Origin: Mytilus californianus
Taxonomy: Eukaryota
Direction of reading: 5' to 3'
Assembly: GCF_021869535.1 (NCBI RefSeq)
Contig: NW_026262701.1
Location: forward strand, 101,060,001-101,124,000
DNA: 64,000 nucleotides
Position numbers and translations under genes: made by a program. The notes under the pieces are model-generated. The model was not told where the DNA came from, made no database searches, and worked only from the letters and a program-made list of their open reading frames with translations. Shown piece after piece: positions 25,783 through 39,537 of this stretch (position 1 is its first letter; each line of letters opens with the position of its first letter).

Positions 25783-28700
25783 TTTTTATCATTTCATGGT
25801 TTTGATATGGATTTTTTTTAAATTTTGGTAAACAATTTGCATCTGCAGGTATAGTTCCATTAAAAATCTGATAAAAAGAAAATAATTTCAGAATTTTTTA
25901 TCTACACCTGAAGCTTCACTAGTACAAAAAAACTAGAATGATGATAAATTCCTAATCTGCACCTGCTTCTGTAGTGTGCGATAATATAAGATAACATGTC
26001 CGAAGGTTTTTTTGTATGGCTAATTTCATGTTCAATGTCTGCACTTAAACTTGTAAATTATAGGTGTAAATTGGTGGTAATTACAGATGTTATGACAGTG
26101 TTGCAGCTGAACAATAGAAGAATATTGATGTATGACAGATGTATTCTTACCCCCTTAAAGCAATATCATTAAAAAAAATAACACTTGCAAAAGTCATATT
26201 TCATTCAATATTCTGAACTGGCATTTCTAAAAACAGAAGCAATAGCAATTAGATTTATACATGTGGTGTAACAAACAGCTATCATTCCACAATACTGTGA
26301 TTCAGTTTAAATATTGTATCTATAAAGTTTACAGGACAAAACATATTATTCACTTTCAAATACTTGTTTCTTCTCATGTCAATGAAAGTCTAAGGAATTA
26401 TTGTGATGCGAAAAATCTTAATACATAGATCTCAATTGACACAATTTGAGCAAGAGTTATTTCCCTTTTGTCGCATGTTGGAGGTCAACATGCACAAATT
26501 CCTTCATAAATCAGCCAAATTCAACAAGTTATACTAACTGCAAGACTTCAGAACTAGAGGCTCTAAAGAGCCTGTGTTGTTCACCTTGGTCTATGTGCAT
26601 ATTAAACAAAGGACACACATTATAGACAAGAATAGAATTCATGACAAAATTCTCTGTTTTGGTGATAGTGACTTGTTTGTAGATCTTATTTTACTGAACA
26701 TTCTTGCTGTTTACAATTATCTTGATCTATAACGAACTTGGCCCAGTAGTTTCAGAGAAAAAGATTTTTGTAAAAATTTACAAAAATTTACGAAAAATTG
26801 TGAAAATTGACTTTAAAGGGCAATAACTCTTTATGGGGTCAATTGACAATTTTGGTCATGTTTGACTTATTTGTAAATCTTACTTTGCTGAACAATTTTG
26901 TTCTTTACAGTTTATCTCTATCTCTTATAATATTCAAGATAACCAAAAACTGCAAAATTTCCTTAGAATTACCAATTCAGGGGCAACAACCCATCAACGG
27001 GTTGTCAGATTTGCTCTAAATGCTTTGGTTTCAGAGATATATGCCAAAAACTGCATTTTACCCCCATGTTCTATTTTTAGCCAAGGCGGCCATCTTGGTT
27101 GATGGGCGGGGTCATCGGATATGTTTTTTAAACTAGATACCCTAAGGATGATTTAGGCAGTTTGTACCGCGTTTCAATTTGGTTAGTGAAATAAGAAAAA
27201 CTACCCCTCCAAAATGGCAGCCAAGAGAAATTACATCATATTGAAACCTTTCTCTTTAAATTGTCTGAAATTGTTTTGAACAAAGAAGAGATCAAGGTCA
27301 GGTGACCATATCAGACGGACATGTTTACCTTACATAGAGGACTTTTAGAGGTGTAATACCACCAAATCATAGTACATCATACACAGTTTCATGATGAAAA
27401 GGGTAGAAAAAAAAAATTCCCTTAAATTTGACAGTTGTAGATAATTAACCCTGCATTTCTTTGCAGAGAATTTTAAACATATAGTTTCAAATCACCATTC
27501 TTTTTTTATTTGGTTGTTTGAAATTTTCACTGTAGTAAAGGACAGGATAAAATTTATTCATGCCAAGTATTTCTTTATTTAAAACAAAGAAAAATTCTGC
27601 ACATTTTTTTTTAAATGCCAATTTAACAAAGACAAATAGAGGAAAACAATAGTTGTATTACCCCTATTTATTCTGTAAATCAAATTGAGTTTAAATTTTG
27701 GATAAATATCCTTCCTCCCCCTTAAACTGGTCATTACACAACTCAGGTCACCTTTTAGAATCACGTTTTCACTTGATAGAGTTGTCAATGAGGTCATTTT
27801 TATCTTCTTATTTCTGAGTACAGAAATAGAATGTCTACCGTTCAATTAGCCTGATCATAAGTACAAATGAGATTTTATCAGACAAATATAAAACTTATTA
27901 ATTAGTGTCTAAAATGACCTTTATTGTTACAACCTTTTTTCCTAGCTCTTGTCAAACAAATATTTCACAGACAAAAAGCTATAGATCAGATATTTTTTAT
28001 AGTAAGCTTGTTTCCATTACTTTGCACATTATCATGGCATTTTTCCAAATATGGTAGTCCAGCAAAACATTTTTTTTCACTTTAGATGTGCTACATATCT
28101 TACATTAATTAAGTATACGAAATTAGCTTGCTTCTTAATTAAATGGAAATAAATGTGTTGAGCTACACATGATTAACTAGTTTTTTAGCCTGACTTTTAC
28201 TAAGCCATATCAAAGAACATGCTAAAATTGAGTAAAACGAATTTAACAAAAAGCAAGAAACCAGTCAGCATTACTTTGTCAATCTGTTTTTGCATCTTGG
28301 CTGTACATAGTAGTATTGGCTGAGGTGTTAGAAATATTTACATGCTTGACAATTTCTTATGAACAACAATATAGATACCATTTTCTTATGAACAACAATT
28401 TAGATACCAGTACAGTTTCCTACTAAAACGTTAATGGAATTAAAAAACAATAATTCGTTTGCCCTGCAAGTGTGTCATATGGTAATTTTCCTAGGTGACT
28501 GATTTTAGGTAATGTGTATCTGGTGCCATTGAAAAACACTAATGAGTGAAAAAGCGCATAGTATCTGTATTCAGCTTAAAACATTTAATGTCTTTTCAGC
28601 AGTTTTCAGTAGTTTATTCGTCTTTTGTGATTTCAAAAATTATCTGCTAATCCTTGCTAATGAGCTCCTTATTAGCATAATAATTGTAAAAATGCCTTAA

Positions 28701-29382
28701 ATGAACGATTCATGGTTACACATAGATACAAAGAATCAAATAAATTAACCATGTATATGAGTTCAAAGGTTAGGTTAAACCCAGATAGACAAACTAGTAC
28801 ACCTTAAAATGGTTCTACTCACCTGTGTAAAATCACACTATTAATAATACAATGTAGTAATAAAAATCAAAAGAAAAAATCTGTGCAGTTTGTCCAGTCA
28901 TTTTACCTGAAAAATGAGGTCAAGGACAAGATACAGAAATTTCAGATCTGTATAGGACAAGCATTATCAAACTCTTCTTCTTCAGAAAAATTAAGCTTTA
29001 TTCAAAAAGTAGTTACTTTTCACTGTTCCCATTGCTATGGTGAATAAGCATACTTTACACCTTTCCACTACATATGTATCATCTTCAGCAAAATTCTTCG
29101 CAGGGGAGACAAAAAGTGATAAACAGAACGAATGGTTGATTCATTTAGTGCATATAACTAAAAGATGTACATTTTGTATATACATATTATGTATGCAAAA
29201 TTTATGACATCATGCCCTGCTAACAAGATCACATTTCAATGTTCAGTGAACCATGAAATCTGGGTCAAAACCCTTATTTGGCATATATTCTAAAAATTTC
29301 CACATCATAATGAACATCTGTACTAGGTTTCAAGTTGATGTGACCACAACTTCATTGTAAACTACATAAAAACAAAACTTCA

Positions 29383-29562
29383 ACCCTATACATCCTGTCT
29401 AATAGACAGACATATGCCCACTACCAACCCTATACAGACCTGTCTAATAGACAGACATATGCCCCCTACCAACCCTATACAGACCTGTCTAATAGACAGA
29501 CATATGCCCACTACCAACCCTATACAGACCTGTCTAATAGACAGACATATGCCCACTACCAG
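29383..29562. repeat. 45-bp tandem repeat x4 inside a short Helentron-like element (about 29200-29590)
   Basis: Unit AACCCTATACAGACCTGTCTAATAGACAGACATATGCCCACTACC; explains ORFs 29386-29586 and 29414-29617. Confidence 0.9.
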
Positions 29563-29717
29563 TACAATTGTAGGCAGGGGACACAAAATTCATCCATATG
29601 TAATTGTTTCCGCCTGAAACAGGAACTATACACAGAACAACTGTAATGATTTGAATGCATTGAATATTGATAAACTGGATTGGTACATGTATAAATTAAG
29701 GACTCATAACAACTTAC

Positions 29718-29784
29718 AGTTTCCTTTCCACCATCTTCACCTCGGCCAGTCCAGCCAGAATACGGACTCTGTGAAGTTGTTGTT
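29718..29784 (-). CDS. NUP93: NUP93 exon 20, TTTSQSPYSGWTGRGEDGGKET (variable linker)
   Basis: cag/GTAAGT bounded, 67 nt; bridges phase 2 to phase 0 exactly; low sequence conservation, so the call rests on phase and splice sites. Confidence 0.85.
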
Positions 29785-31077
29785 CTGTTAAAATATCAAC
29801 ACATCAAACAATAAAAATTAAAACAAAATATCTGTCTGTAAACATTGCAAAATTCAGTATATACTCATGATTCATTTATTATCAAGGATACTAGATTCTG
29901 GGTTTCATGGTTGATAAATTCTACATTAAAGCCTTAAGAAAATTTGTGTTTTGTTAAACAGTTTAATTTGTGGTTAATTTATAACCATGAAGATTAAAAC
30001 AAGAGAAAAAATAATGAATCAACACTAGGAATTGTAAATTAGTCTTTAGCTTTTAAACAAAATAAACATCACTGAATAGTTAACTGTGTGTCCCTATTCT
30101 AATGTGTATGTCAGTTTGTTCTTTTTTTTTTGTGTTTTAACCTAAATGAAATTTAGATTACATATTTCATCATCTTGGTTATCTTATAACTTAATGTCAT
30201 TTCTAAAGCACACTGGAGATTACTATTTCAGGAGTTGAAAATCAAATTGTGAACTCCAAATGTTCAATTTTAAACTATATTCTTTTTTTCAATTTCTTTG
30301 TCAGTGATGTTTATCTTGACACTGGTATGAATAAATGAAAATATAAGGTGCACATTGATGAAACAGCAACCAAACAATACAAATAACAAAAACACAGTCT
30401 TTAACTATACAATATGTCAAGCTCTAAATCATCCCAAGTCTACATAAGTAGTAAATGTAAAAACAGAATCCAACATGCATATATCATATTTGTTTTTCGT
30501 TTATTGTTTTGTACATAAATCAGGCCTTTGGTTTTCTCCTTTATATTGCCTTACATTTTGTTATGTGAAGGCCTTTGGCAGCATGCTGAATGGGTTTTGC
30601 TCATTGTTGAAGGCAGTACGGTGACCTACAATTGCTAACTTATACGTCATTTGGTCTCTGGTGGAGAGTTATCTCATTAGCAATCATACAACATCTAGTT
30701 TTTATAAAGAGCTGTCACCAACACCAAATTATCTAAATAACAAACATCAATAGGTCATTATATACCAGTAAGACAACCACTAATAAGTTCCTGGCATGAG
30801 ACAGGCACATGAGAATGTGGCAGGGTTAGAATAGATTTTTTTTTTATATCTGAACTCTCCTTTTCATTTTTACAGTGATCCTGCCACATCTTAATAACCC
30901 TGTCTAGAGTCTGGAATCTTGTCAGTAGTTGTTTTCTGTTCTGCTTAATGACAGATCTTTGATAGTCTACTTTAAATTTATTGATGACTTTTCAAGATTT
31001 AGGGCACTAACAAAGTGTATAGACACTGATCTTTTGTTGAAGGTAGCATGATGACTTCTAGACGTCTTATAAAAAAA

Positions 31078-31420
31078 ACAAGATGTGGTATGATTGCCAT
31101 TGAGACAACTCTCCACAATAGACCAAATGACATAGAAATTAACAACTATAGGTCACCGTTAGGCGTTCAACAATGAGCAAAACCCATACCACATAGTCAG
31201 CTATAATAGGCCCAGAAATGACAAAAATATCACAATTCAAACAATAAAACTAACAGCCTGATTTATGTTCAAAATAATGAACGAAAAACAAATATGATAT
31301 ACAGCAACAAAAGACAACCACTGAATTACAGGCTCATGACTCGGGACAGGCACATAAGAATGTGGCGGGGTTAAACTAGTTTGAAAGCTCCAACCATCCC
31401 CTAACCTGGGACAGTGGTGT
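31078..31420 (+). repeat. Interspersed repeat family B (also about 10777-10850, 49498-49900, and minus about 30490-30700)
   Basis: Shared AAGATGTGGTATGATTGCCAATGAGACAACTCTCCAC head. Confidence 0.8.
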
Positions 31421-31444
31421 AACAAACTATAATAAACTGCTTTG

Positions 31445-32385
31445 CTGAGCGCAGCTGGATACGCCCGCAGAGGTCCAACCCTGAACAGTTGGGGCAAAAA
31501 TGGACACAATATTCAAGCTTGATACAGGTATGAATTTGGATTGTATCAAATATTTGACATATTATAGGTTTCTGAATAAATGTAGTCAAAGAACTTGAAA
31601 TTGGTTATATGAATTGAATTTATATTCAATTAAAGATTTCTTGCTGTTGTGCAATACACTGTGCTGTTGCGCAATACTTAGTAAATCTGTTGTCAGACTA
31701 TAAACAATTAAAGTTCAATTAATTCTCAATGTCATATTAGAAATTTATGAAAATGTAAAGGGAGCTTACATCAATAGCTATAAACAATTCACCAAAGTTT
31801 CATGAGAATTGCTGACAGCATTTTTGAGTTATTGTCCAAAAACTGGAAAATCCCCCCTTTTCTAATGAATGAAAACCCCATAACTCAGAAATGTAAAATG
31901 TAAAATTTATAAAATTCTAAACGGAGCTTACATCAATAGATATAAACAATTCACCAAAGTTTCATAAGAACTGCTGAAAGCATTTTAGATTTTTTATCCA
32001 AAAATTGGAAAATCCCCCTTTTTTTATGAATAAAACCCTGTAACTCGGAAACGTAAAATCTAAAATATATAAAAATCGAAAGGGAGCTCATGTCAATAGA
32101 TATTAACAATTCACCACAATTTCTTGCAAGTTGGTGAAAGCATTCTTGAGTTATTGTCCGAAAAACTGGAAAATCCCCCTTTTTTTGATGAATAAAACCC
32201 CATAACTCGGAAACGTAAAATCTAAAATTTATAAAAAACAAAAGGGAGCTCACGTCATTAGATATAAACAAATCACCAAAGTTTTATGCAAATTCATTTA
32301 AGCGTTTTTGAGTTAATGTCCGACATGTTGACGACGGAAGGACAGAGGTATACCATAATACGTCCCGTAAACGAGCGTATAAAAA
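31445..32385 (+). mobile_element. Helentron-like element with about 4 tandem 150-bp units
   Basis: Repeated GGAGCTTACATCAATAGATATAAACAATTCACCAAAGTTTCAT; 3' ATACGTCCCGTAAACGAGCGTAT. Confidence 0.65.
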
Positions 32386-32728
32386 TCAGTTGAAAAGGGC
32401 TTAACTCATCAGATCGATACATAGCAGAACTACATCTGACAAAAACACAGACCGGATGTGGCAGGGTTCTTATACATCCCCACAACAAAAAAGACACTAA
32501 GTACAGATCTGAGAGTACTCGCAGTTTCTGACAGCTAGTTCAAAGCCAATAACAACTAATAAAAAAATCATGCATCTCAGACTAAAATATCGAACAGTAC
32601 ACATCTTGTTTTTTTGTAAGTCATTAGGCTTCTATCTCATTGATGTATACACCATAACTCCTTTTATGCATATTTACCTGAAATTATTTTGATATAAAGT
32701 GAGTCTAAAGTTTTAAACTTAAACTTAC

Positions 32729-32799
32729 TTGGCGTTTTTATACTGACTGTGTAGAATGTTCATTGTGGCTAACAAAATATCTGGTAAGCATCTCCTCAC
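32729..32799 (-). CDS. NUP93: NUP93 exon 19, VRRCLPDILLATMNILHSQYKNAK
   Basis: cag/GTAAGT bounded, 71 nt; LLATMNIL motif. Confidence 0.97.
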
Positions 32800-33862
32800 C
32801 TGCAAGAATGTCAAATAAATAATTTAGTTAAAAGGATGTCCCCAAAAAAACAAAAACAAAAATAATTAAGGGAAATAACTCCTAACATAAATATCATTTT
32901 GAATATCAATCTCATTTGATTACAAATTGTAAGGTTTCAATATATTTAAATTTTAATGCAAGGAAACAAATGTTTTCATTTTCAAACCATCAATTTTTCT
33001 ATTTCCAAGGTCACAAATATGAAATTAAAAGTTGTAACATGTATACCGATTCAACTTGTATTGTATGCCTTTAAGTTCCTTTCTTTATAAGATAAGGCTA
33101 ATTTTCAAAGCAAACTAGATGATTTTCCATATACTGTTAATACAGAAATTATTGCATACATTTATTATTGTGATTTTTGAAGAATGAACAAAAATGTGAG
33201 TTTTAATATTGCGATTTTAAGAAAAGATAAATACAGATATATGTATCAGATATCATAATGCGAGTTCTTGTTATTTCAATACTCAGTTAATTGTAATATT
33301 TGCATTATTAAAAACCTCACAATATTTTCTGAATTTACAGTAACTGTTGAACAGTAGTAGCCATCATAGTTAAAATCACACTAGACTCAATTTTATAAGT
33401 AGTTCAGAGCAAAAGTATTTTGGCACAAAAAAAAAAACAAACATGTTTCAGGCAGTTGCAGGGACATTTGTTTAAACAAAAGATATGGGTGTGAGAAAAA
33501 AACATCTAAAATTATCTGATTTCCTCCTAAAATTCATGAAAAATTTTCCCATTAACAGAAAATCTGTTTCGAAGTGAATTATTTTTTTATATAACTAAGG
33601 GATTAAATCTGAGAGTAAGTATGTGAAATACATTAGTATTAATAACACATACTCAGGATTAAACAGTTTACAATTAGTAAGTCTTCCCTTAAAATAACAA
33701 TTATCAAGCAAGTACTCAAGACTTTGTCTCCGTAAACTTTAAAACATATCTGTGTATCAAAAAATAAAGAAATCAGATAATAATGTATTTCAGGACTTAG
33801 ATTAAATGCCTTAATGATAATGTTAGATTCAAAATAAAAGCTTATAAATAAATCATTTTTAC

Positions 33863-33946
33863 CTCATCATTATAATGTCTGAAGGCCATAACTTTGGTTT
33901 CTACAGCATTCTCAGTCAAGGGAAGTAACTGTAACTGTTTAATCAC
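33863..33946 (-). CDS. NUP93: NUP93 exon 18, VIKQLQLLPLTENAVETKVMAFRHYNDE
   Basis: tag/GTAAAA bounded, 84 nt, phase 0-0. Confidence 0.95.
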
Positions 33947-35346
33947 CTAGGAATAAAATTACAAACTAAAAAGTTCAAATAGAAATATGATGTGTACATG
34001 ACCTAGGCTGACAATATTATCATAAATTATCTTATATGTGCTTAACACACTGTGGACAGAAAGAATATTATGATGCTAATGCATCAAGTATATGCTCAAC
34101 ATATGGAGATTATTTACTCTCCTCCTAACGATAAATCTGCAATAAATAAGACTATGTAACTTTTAACCTTTACACGTCATAATCCTTCTAACAAGGGTTT
34201 AAGCAAGGATTTTGAGGGCTTTAGTGACTTTTGCCTGATAAGAAAATTGAACTTTCTTGGGTAGCAGATAAGCATGACACTAGAAGTACTAAAAGTAGTT
34301 ATTGCATAGGGTTTAAACATGAGTATTTTCTTTTTCAGTATTTCATTAGTACATATATACAAATAAAAATATAACAATTAAGCTGTATTTCTTCAAAAGA
34401 TACATATTGTATGTTTTTGTTTTGATTTGTATGTCTCAAAACAGGGACTAATGTGACTAATATAATGTATCTATTTGTCTATGTTCCTGTCCTTATAATT
34501 AGCTTACGGTCTGCATATGTTACAGAATAGAGAAAATGTTTTAATATTAAATAAAAAGAATAGAGAAAAATGGGCAAAAATTTAAAGAAAAAAGAATATT
34601 GGGTTCTTAAATATACAGAAAAGAGAAAATGTGTATAAAAAATAAAGAATACAGAAAATGATGACCCAGGTCCCCTCCCCAACCCCGTTATTTGCACTAT
34701 AACTCAAAAGACCTCCTAAACCTATAAGTAGGTATCTCAATACATGTACTAGGAAAAATTATAATTGAGTTATCTTTCTTGTATTAGGGTGTGCTCCTAC
34801 TCTTCGGAGGATTACACACAGTAGAAGCACATTCAATTAACAACTGCCTGTTTGGTATTCTATATCAAAATTGAGGGTAGGCAAAGACAAAATACATCTG
34901 AATTTAACATTTTTTAACAGAATTCAAGAAAAACATTGTGTATTTATAAGTTTATTACGGTTTTAGTCTTTCTGTAAAATATGTTTTCATCATGAAACTA
35001 CGATAAACGTGTGGTATGAACAATTTCATACGAAATGACAAAATGCTGACTGACCGATTCTATTTGTATTTTTCAAATTTAAGTGACGAAATTGATCAAA
35101 TACTTTCGTCATTTCGAAAATCGTGTCGTAAATGGCAAAAATGACGAGCACTAGCAAAAACACTGCTTCTAACAAGCGATAGGCTTACAACTTGTTGCAT
35201 ACATTGAATATGGTTTCTTTATCAGGTTAAAAGACAAAGATGAACTTCATTGTATATCAAACCACAAGACATTCCAAATTCAAGCTCCTAATTTCCTTTA
35301 TTCAATTATTTGTCAAAATACCAAAAATAACAAGATCATGACTTAC

Positions 35347-35464
35347 CGTGAGAGCTTCATCCATACTGCCGTCATGGAAACAATCAAAGAAGGTCAAAAG
35401 GTCAAGTAACAAGAAGAATGTACTGGCATTGGATAAGTTCCCTTCAGCTCCTTGTGCTCTGTAC
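35347..35464 (-). CDS. NUP93: NUP93 exon 17, YRAQGAEGNLSNASTFFLLLDLLTFFDCFHDGSMDEALT
   Basis: tag/GTAAGT bounded, 118 nt; YRAQG...STF.LLLDL.TFFD. Confidence 0.97.
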
Positions 35465-36138
35465 CTAAGTGACAAAATATTGACATATAGAATATTAGTA
35501 TGTACAATAAAACACGTTTTATTTATTTGTAAAGATCAATCAATTAGGGAGAGATTAGGCACCAAACTGATCCTGTAGGGGACTTTTAATGCTGACTTAT
35601 TGATTGTTTTACAATTTGGTATCATTTAAATAAAACAACACAAATATTACCATGTTTAACCTGGCCACATTCCTCTATGTTCTTGTCCTGACCCATGAGA
35701 CTGTAGCCATTGGTTGCCATCTGTCATAATTGTTTTTAGTGTTACTACCTTAAATCATACAGCTAATTTTCTCATTTTAAATGTTTCACATTTTGTTCTG
35801 CTCCTTTTACAGCTTATTCTTGTTGAAGGCTATACAGAGACCTATTGTTGATTACATAAATGTCATTTGGCGGATAATTGTATCAATGAATTATAATGTC
35901 CCCTTTAAACTTATGAACTTCAGCGGATAATGATTTGGTTTAATTTTTCAAAAAACATATTTTTTGTACATCATCTATATAAAGTTTCTTAATTCTGAGA
36001 TCCTCTAGAGGCTTTAAAGAGCATGTGTTGCTCATCTTGATCTTAGTGCATTTTCAGCAATGTCCACTCTTAGGTGAATAAGATGAATGCTATATAGTTC
36101 CCACTCCTAGAGTTGGGGTTTAATAAGTAAGTACATAC

Positions 36139-36257
36139 CTCTCAGCAATACCAAAGGCTAGACTTCTCAACCTATCTCTAGATGACTGTGTAGAACTAGC
36201 CTGTGATACAACTTGACTTAGTAACTTGTTCAGTAATTCCAACACTTTGTCATGTTT
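36139..36257 (-). CDS. NUP93: NUP93 exon 16, [40 protein letters not shown]
   Basis: tag/GTATGT bounded, 119 nt; DKVLEL.NKLLS. Confidence 0.97.
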
Positions 36258-36409
36258 CTACAATATAATTATTCTTCATATTTAACATAATCAACATTCA
36301 TCTGAACCACTGTTCATACAAAATTTTCAGTCAAAGAAAAGCAGAAAACATGAAAACAATTGACTCCACAAATGTGACGAGAATATAAGTATCATTATTA
36401 CCACAGGAA

Positions 36410-36866
36410 TCTAGGTAATTCAAAAACACCTTAGCAGCCTTAGTCAAAATTACCTTAGAAACTTCAGTCATCCTTACCTTATCAACTTGTTTAAATTACC
36501 TTAAAGAAAATCACCTTTGCAACCTTGGTCAATATTACCATAGCTACCTTTGCCATTATAACCTTACATATGTAGCAATCTTGGTAATTATTACCTTAGC
36601 AACCTTAATAAAAATAACCCCATTCATTATAACCATAGCAACCTTGATCATTATTACCTAAGCAACCTTGGTAATTATTACCGCAGCAACCTAGGTCATT
36701 ATTACCTTGGTAATTTTAGTCATTATTACCTTAGCATTTTTTGTCATTATAACCTTAGCAACCTTGGCCATTGTTACCTCAGTAATGTATGTCATTATTA
36801 CCTTAGAAACTTTGGTCATGATTACCTTAGCAACCTTGATCATTATTACCTTAGCAAGGTCATATA
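36410..36866 (-). repeat. 24-bp tandem array derived from the NUP93 exon 15 donor junction
   Basis: Unit AAGGTTGCTAAG|GTAATAATGACC versus the true junction GACCTTGCTAAG|GTAATAATG. Confidence 0.9.
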
Positions 36867-36966
36867 ATCTGACTGCATCTTCAAATAATCCTTTGGCTTC
36901 TGTATCCTTGGCAACTAAGTCTATGATTTTATGTGTATCTCCATGGAATTTATCTATTGCACCAGG
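36850..36966 (-). CDS. NUP93: NUP93 exon 15, [39 protein letters not shown]
   Basis: cag/GTAATA bounded, 117 nt; KGLFE.A..LYDLAK. Confidence 0.97.
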
Positions 36967-37409
36967 CTGTCAAAAAAGTTAAATCAATGAATGGTAATCA
37001 AAAAGATTGCAAAATCTTCACCAGAAGATACATGTACCTTAATCTGACTGTTATATTTTTATATATATTTGTTTTGAGTAAAAATTTCTGTGCAAAATTC
37101 CTAAAAAAAAATTTAAATATAAATATTGAGTAGACAAAAGACTTTTTTAACAGGAATTTCTTTTAAAATATGTTTTCAAATTTTGCTATTTCAAAGATAT
37201 TAGGTCTTATTGGTTGGACAGCAGATGTCAAATAATTTATCACTCAGCCTCTGGTACTAATATGCTGCATAAATTCAGTAAATGACTAAGAACAAAATGA
37301 TCAAACTTATGTTTATCATCTACATTCAATTAACAGTAATGTTCATGATGGCCATATTGGTCAATAGTCTCAATACATAGTATTGCAAGGTAAAGTTGGC
37401 TTTGAATTG

Positions 37410-37505
37410 GTCCAAGTGTTAACATCTTGATATATGAATCAGTCCAAGTGTTAACATATTGATATATGAATCAGTCCAAGTGTTAACATATTGATATATG
37501 AATCA
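37410..37505. repeat. 32-bp tandem repeat x3
   Basis: GTCCAAGTGTTAACATATTGATATATGAATCA. Confidence 0.9.
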
Positions 37506-38513
37506 AAGTATGTTTTTCTAATAAAATTTAACCAACTTCCCTCATCTGACATACATGTCATAGTCAATCATTTGTTTCGGCTAGGTTTTATTGTACACAG
37601 GAGATTTTTATATATTTCCTTGAATTGAACATTCGCTCTGAAACATTGAAAGAAAGCTTCACAAAAGAAAAATTGTGGTAAAATGACTGTTCATAGGAGA
37701 GATAAATATTTCCTAAATTGAACATTGACTTTCAAAGATTGAAAGAAAAATTCACCACAGAAAAGTCTTGATAAATAGTGTTTATTGCCAATACTTAAAT
37801 ATATATGTACAAGAGCTTCTCCTTGAGATATTAAAGGAATGAGACATAAGTTAAAGCAGATTTTGACTTGTATAACCTACCAGGATGTAATAATAAAAAT
37901 AAATTATTAATTCCTGTTTCCAAAGATCCTTAAAAAGGTATAAATGGTAACTATTTAGTTTTTTTTATATAGTAAATGACGTTAATAAAGCAATAGGATG
38001 CAAAAAAAAACATATATAATTAAACATCACTGGTAATATTTAATTGATGAAAAGTGAAAAATATTCTGGTAAGTAGAATGGAAATGTTTATTCTATATAA
38101 CAGATGTAAACCAATATAAAGTCAAAAAGTAATTTAGCAATACCACAATCTTATAAATTACTCATTTATTTTATTAAGTACATTGAAAATTATGTTTTTA
38201 TAATCAAAAGCATAATAATATATTCTATCTTTAATTCAAAATGGGCCTCTACTATTTTACATGAATTCAAATGGTTAATTTGGTAATAGCAAATACTAAT
38301 AACTTTAATTAAAGTTATTTTTCAAGAGTCTGATTTGGCTTGGTTTTTTCAGTTTATACAAAATGCAAGATTTAAATTTATATTTTGAAAGGAAATATGC
38401 TTAAAGCATGATCATGAGATGTAAAAGTTTCCTAATTTACCAAGATTTTTGGCACAATTTATTTTTTGAAACAGACAAAAAACTTCAGCTATAATTGCTT
38501 AAATACATTATCT

Positions 38514-39281
38514 TGACTCTGGTGAATAGTTGTCTCATTGACAATCATGCCACATCTCCTTAGACTCTGGTGAATAGTTGTCTCATTGACAATCATGCCA
38601 CATCTCCTTAGACTCTGATGAATAGTTGTCTCATTGACAATCATGCCACATCTCCTTAGACTCTGGTGAATAGTTGTCTCATTGACAATCATGCCACATC
38701 TCCTTAGACTCGGGTGAATAGTTGTCTCATTGACAATCATGCCACATCTCCTTAGACTCTGATGAATAGTTGTCTCATTGACAATCATGCCACATCTCCT
38801 TAGACTCTGGTGAATAGTTGTCTCATTGACAATCATGCCACATCTCCTTAGACTCTGGTGAATAGTTGTCTCATTGACAATCATGCCACATCTCCTTAGA
38901 CTCTGGTGAATAGTTGTCTCATTGACAATCATGTCACATCTCCTTAGACTCTGGTGAATAGTTGTCTCATTGACAATCATGTCACATCTCCTTAGACTCT
39001 GGTGAATAGTTGTCTCATTGACAATCATGTCACATCTCCTTAGACTCTGGTGAATAGTTGTCTCATTGACAATCATGTCACATCTCCTTAGACTCTGATG
39101 AATAGTTGTCTCATTGACAATCATGTCACATCTCCTTAGACTCTGATGAATAGTTGTCTCATTGACAATCATGCCACATCTCCTTAGACTCTGATGAATA
39201 GTTGTCTCATTGACAATCATGCCACATCTCCTTAGACTCTGATGAATAGTTGTCTCATTGACAATCATGCCACATCTCCTT
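38514..39281. repeat. 48-bp minisatellite, 16 near-identical copies
   Basis: Unit GACTCTGGTGAATAGTTGTCTCATTGACAATCATGCCACATCTCCTTA; the reverse complement is the head of repeat family B; explains ORF 38489-39319. Confidence 0.97.
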
Positions 39282-39537
39282 ATTTTTATTTTCAACAATT
39301 GTTGACAAAAAAATATCACATCTATGTCTCATCTTCAGCAACAAATGTTACAAGAAAAACAAAAATCTTGTAATGTGAGTTACAGTAATTGTAAATGAAA
39401 GATGTTGAAAGCAATTAAAAAACTTAAATTTGTTAACAAAGTGTTTTAGAGGTAAGTATCATGATAATTTGTATCTAGTATATATGTATTTTTATTATTT
39501 TATGGTTTTCAGACAATAAATACAGATTAAAGCCAAA

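Noticed and set aside
36707-36982. Plus-strand hydrophobic [15 protein letters not shown]...
   Set aside because: Antisense reading of the 24-bp array and NUP93 exon 15.
38514-39281. CRISPR-like appearance of regular repeats (also 51874-52292)
   Set aside because: Head-to-tail units with no unique spacers, in a eukaryotic intron, with no cas genes.
38489-39319. 276-aa ORF of RRCGMIVNETTIHQSL repeats
   Set aside because: By-product of a 48-bp (multiple of 3) minisatellite derived from a common interspersed repeat; no unique coding content.
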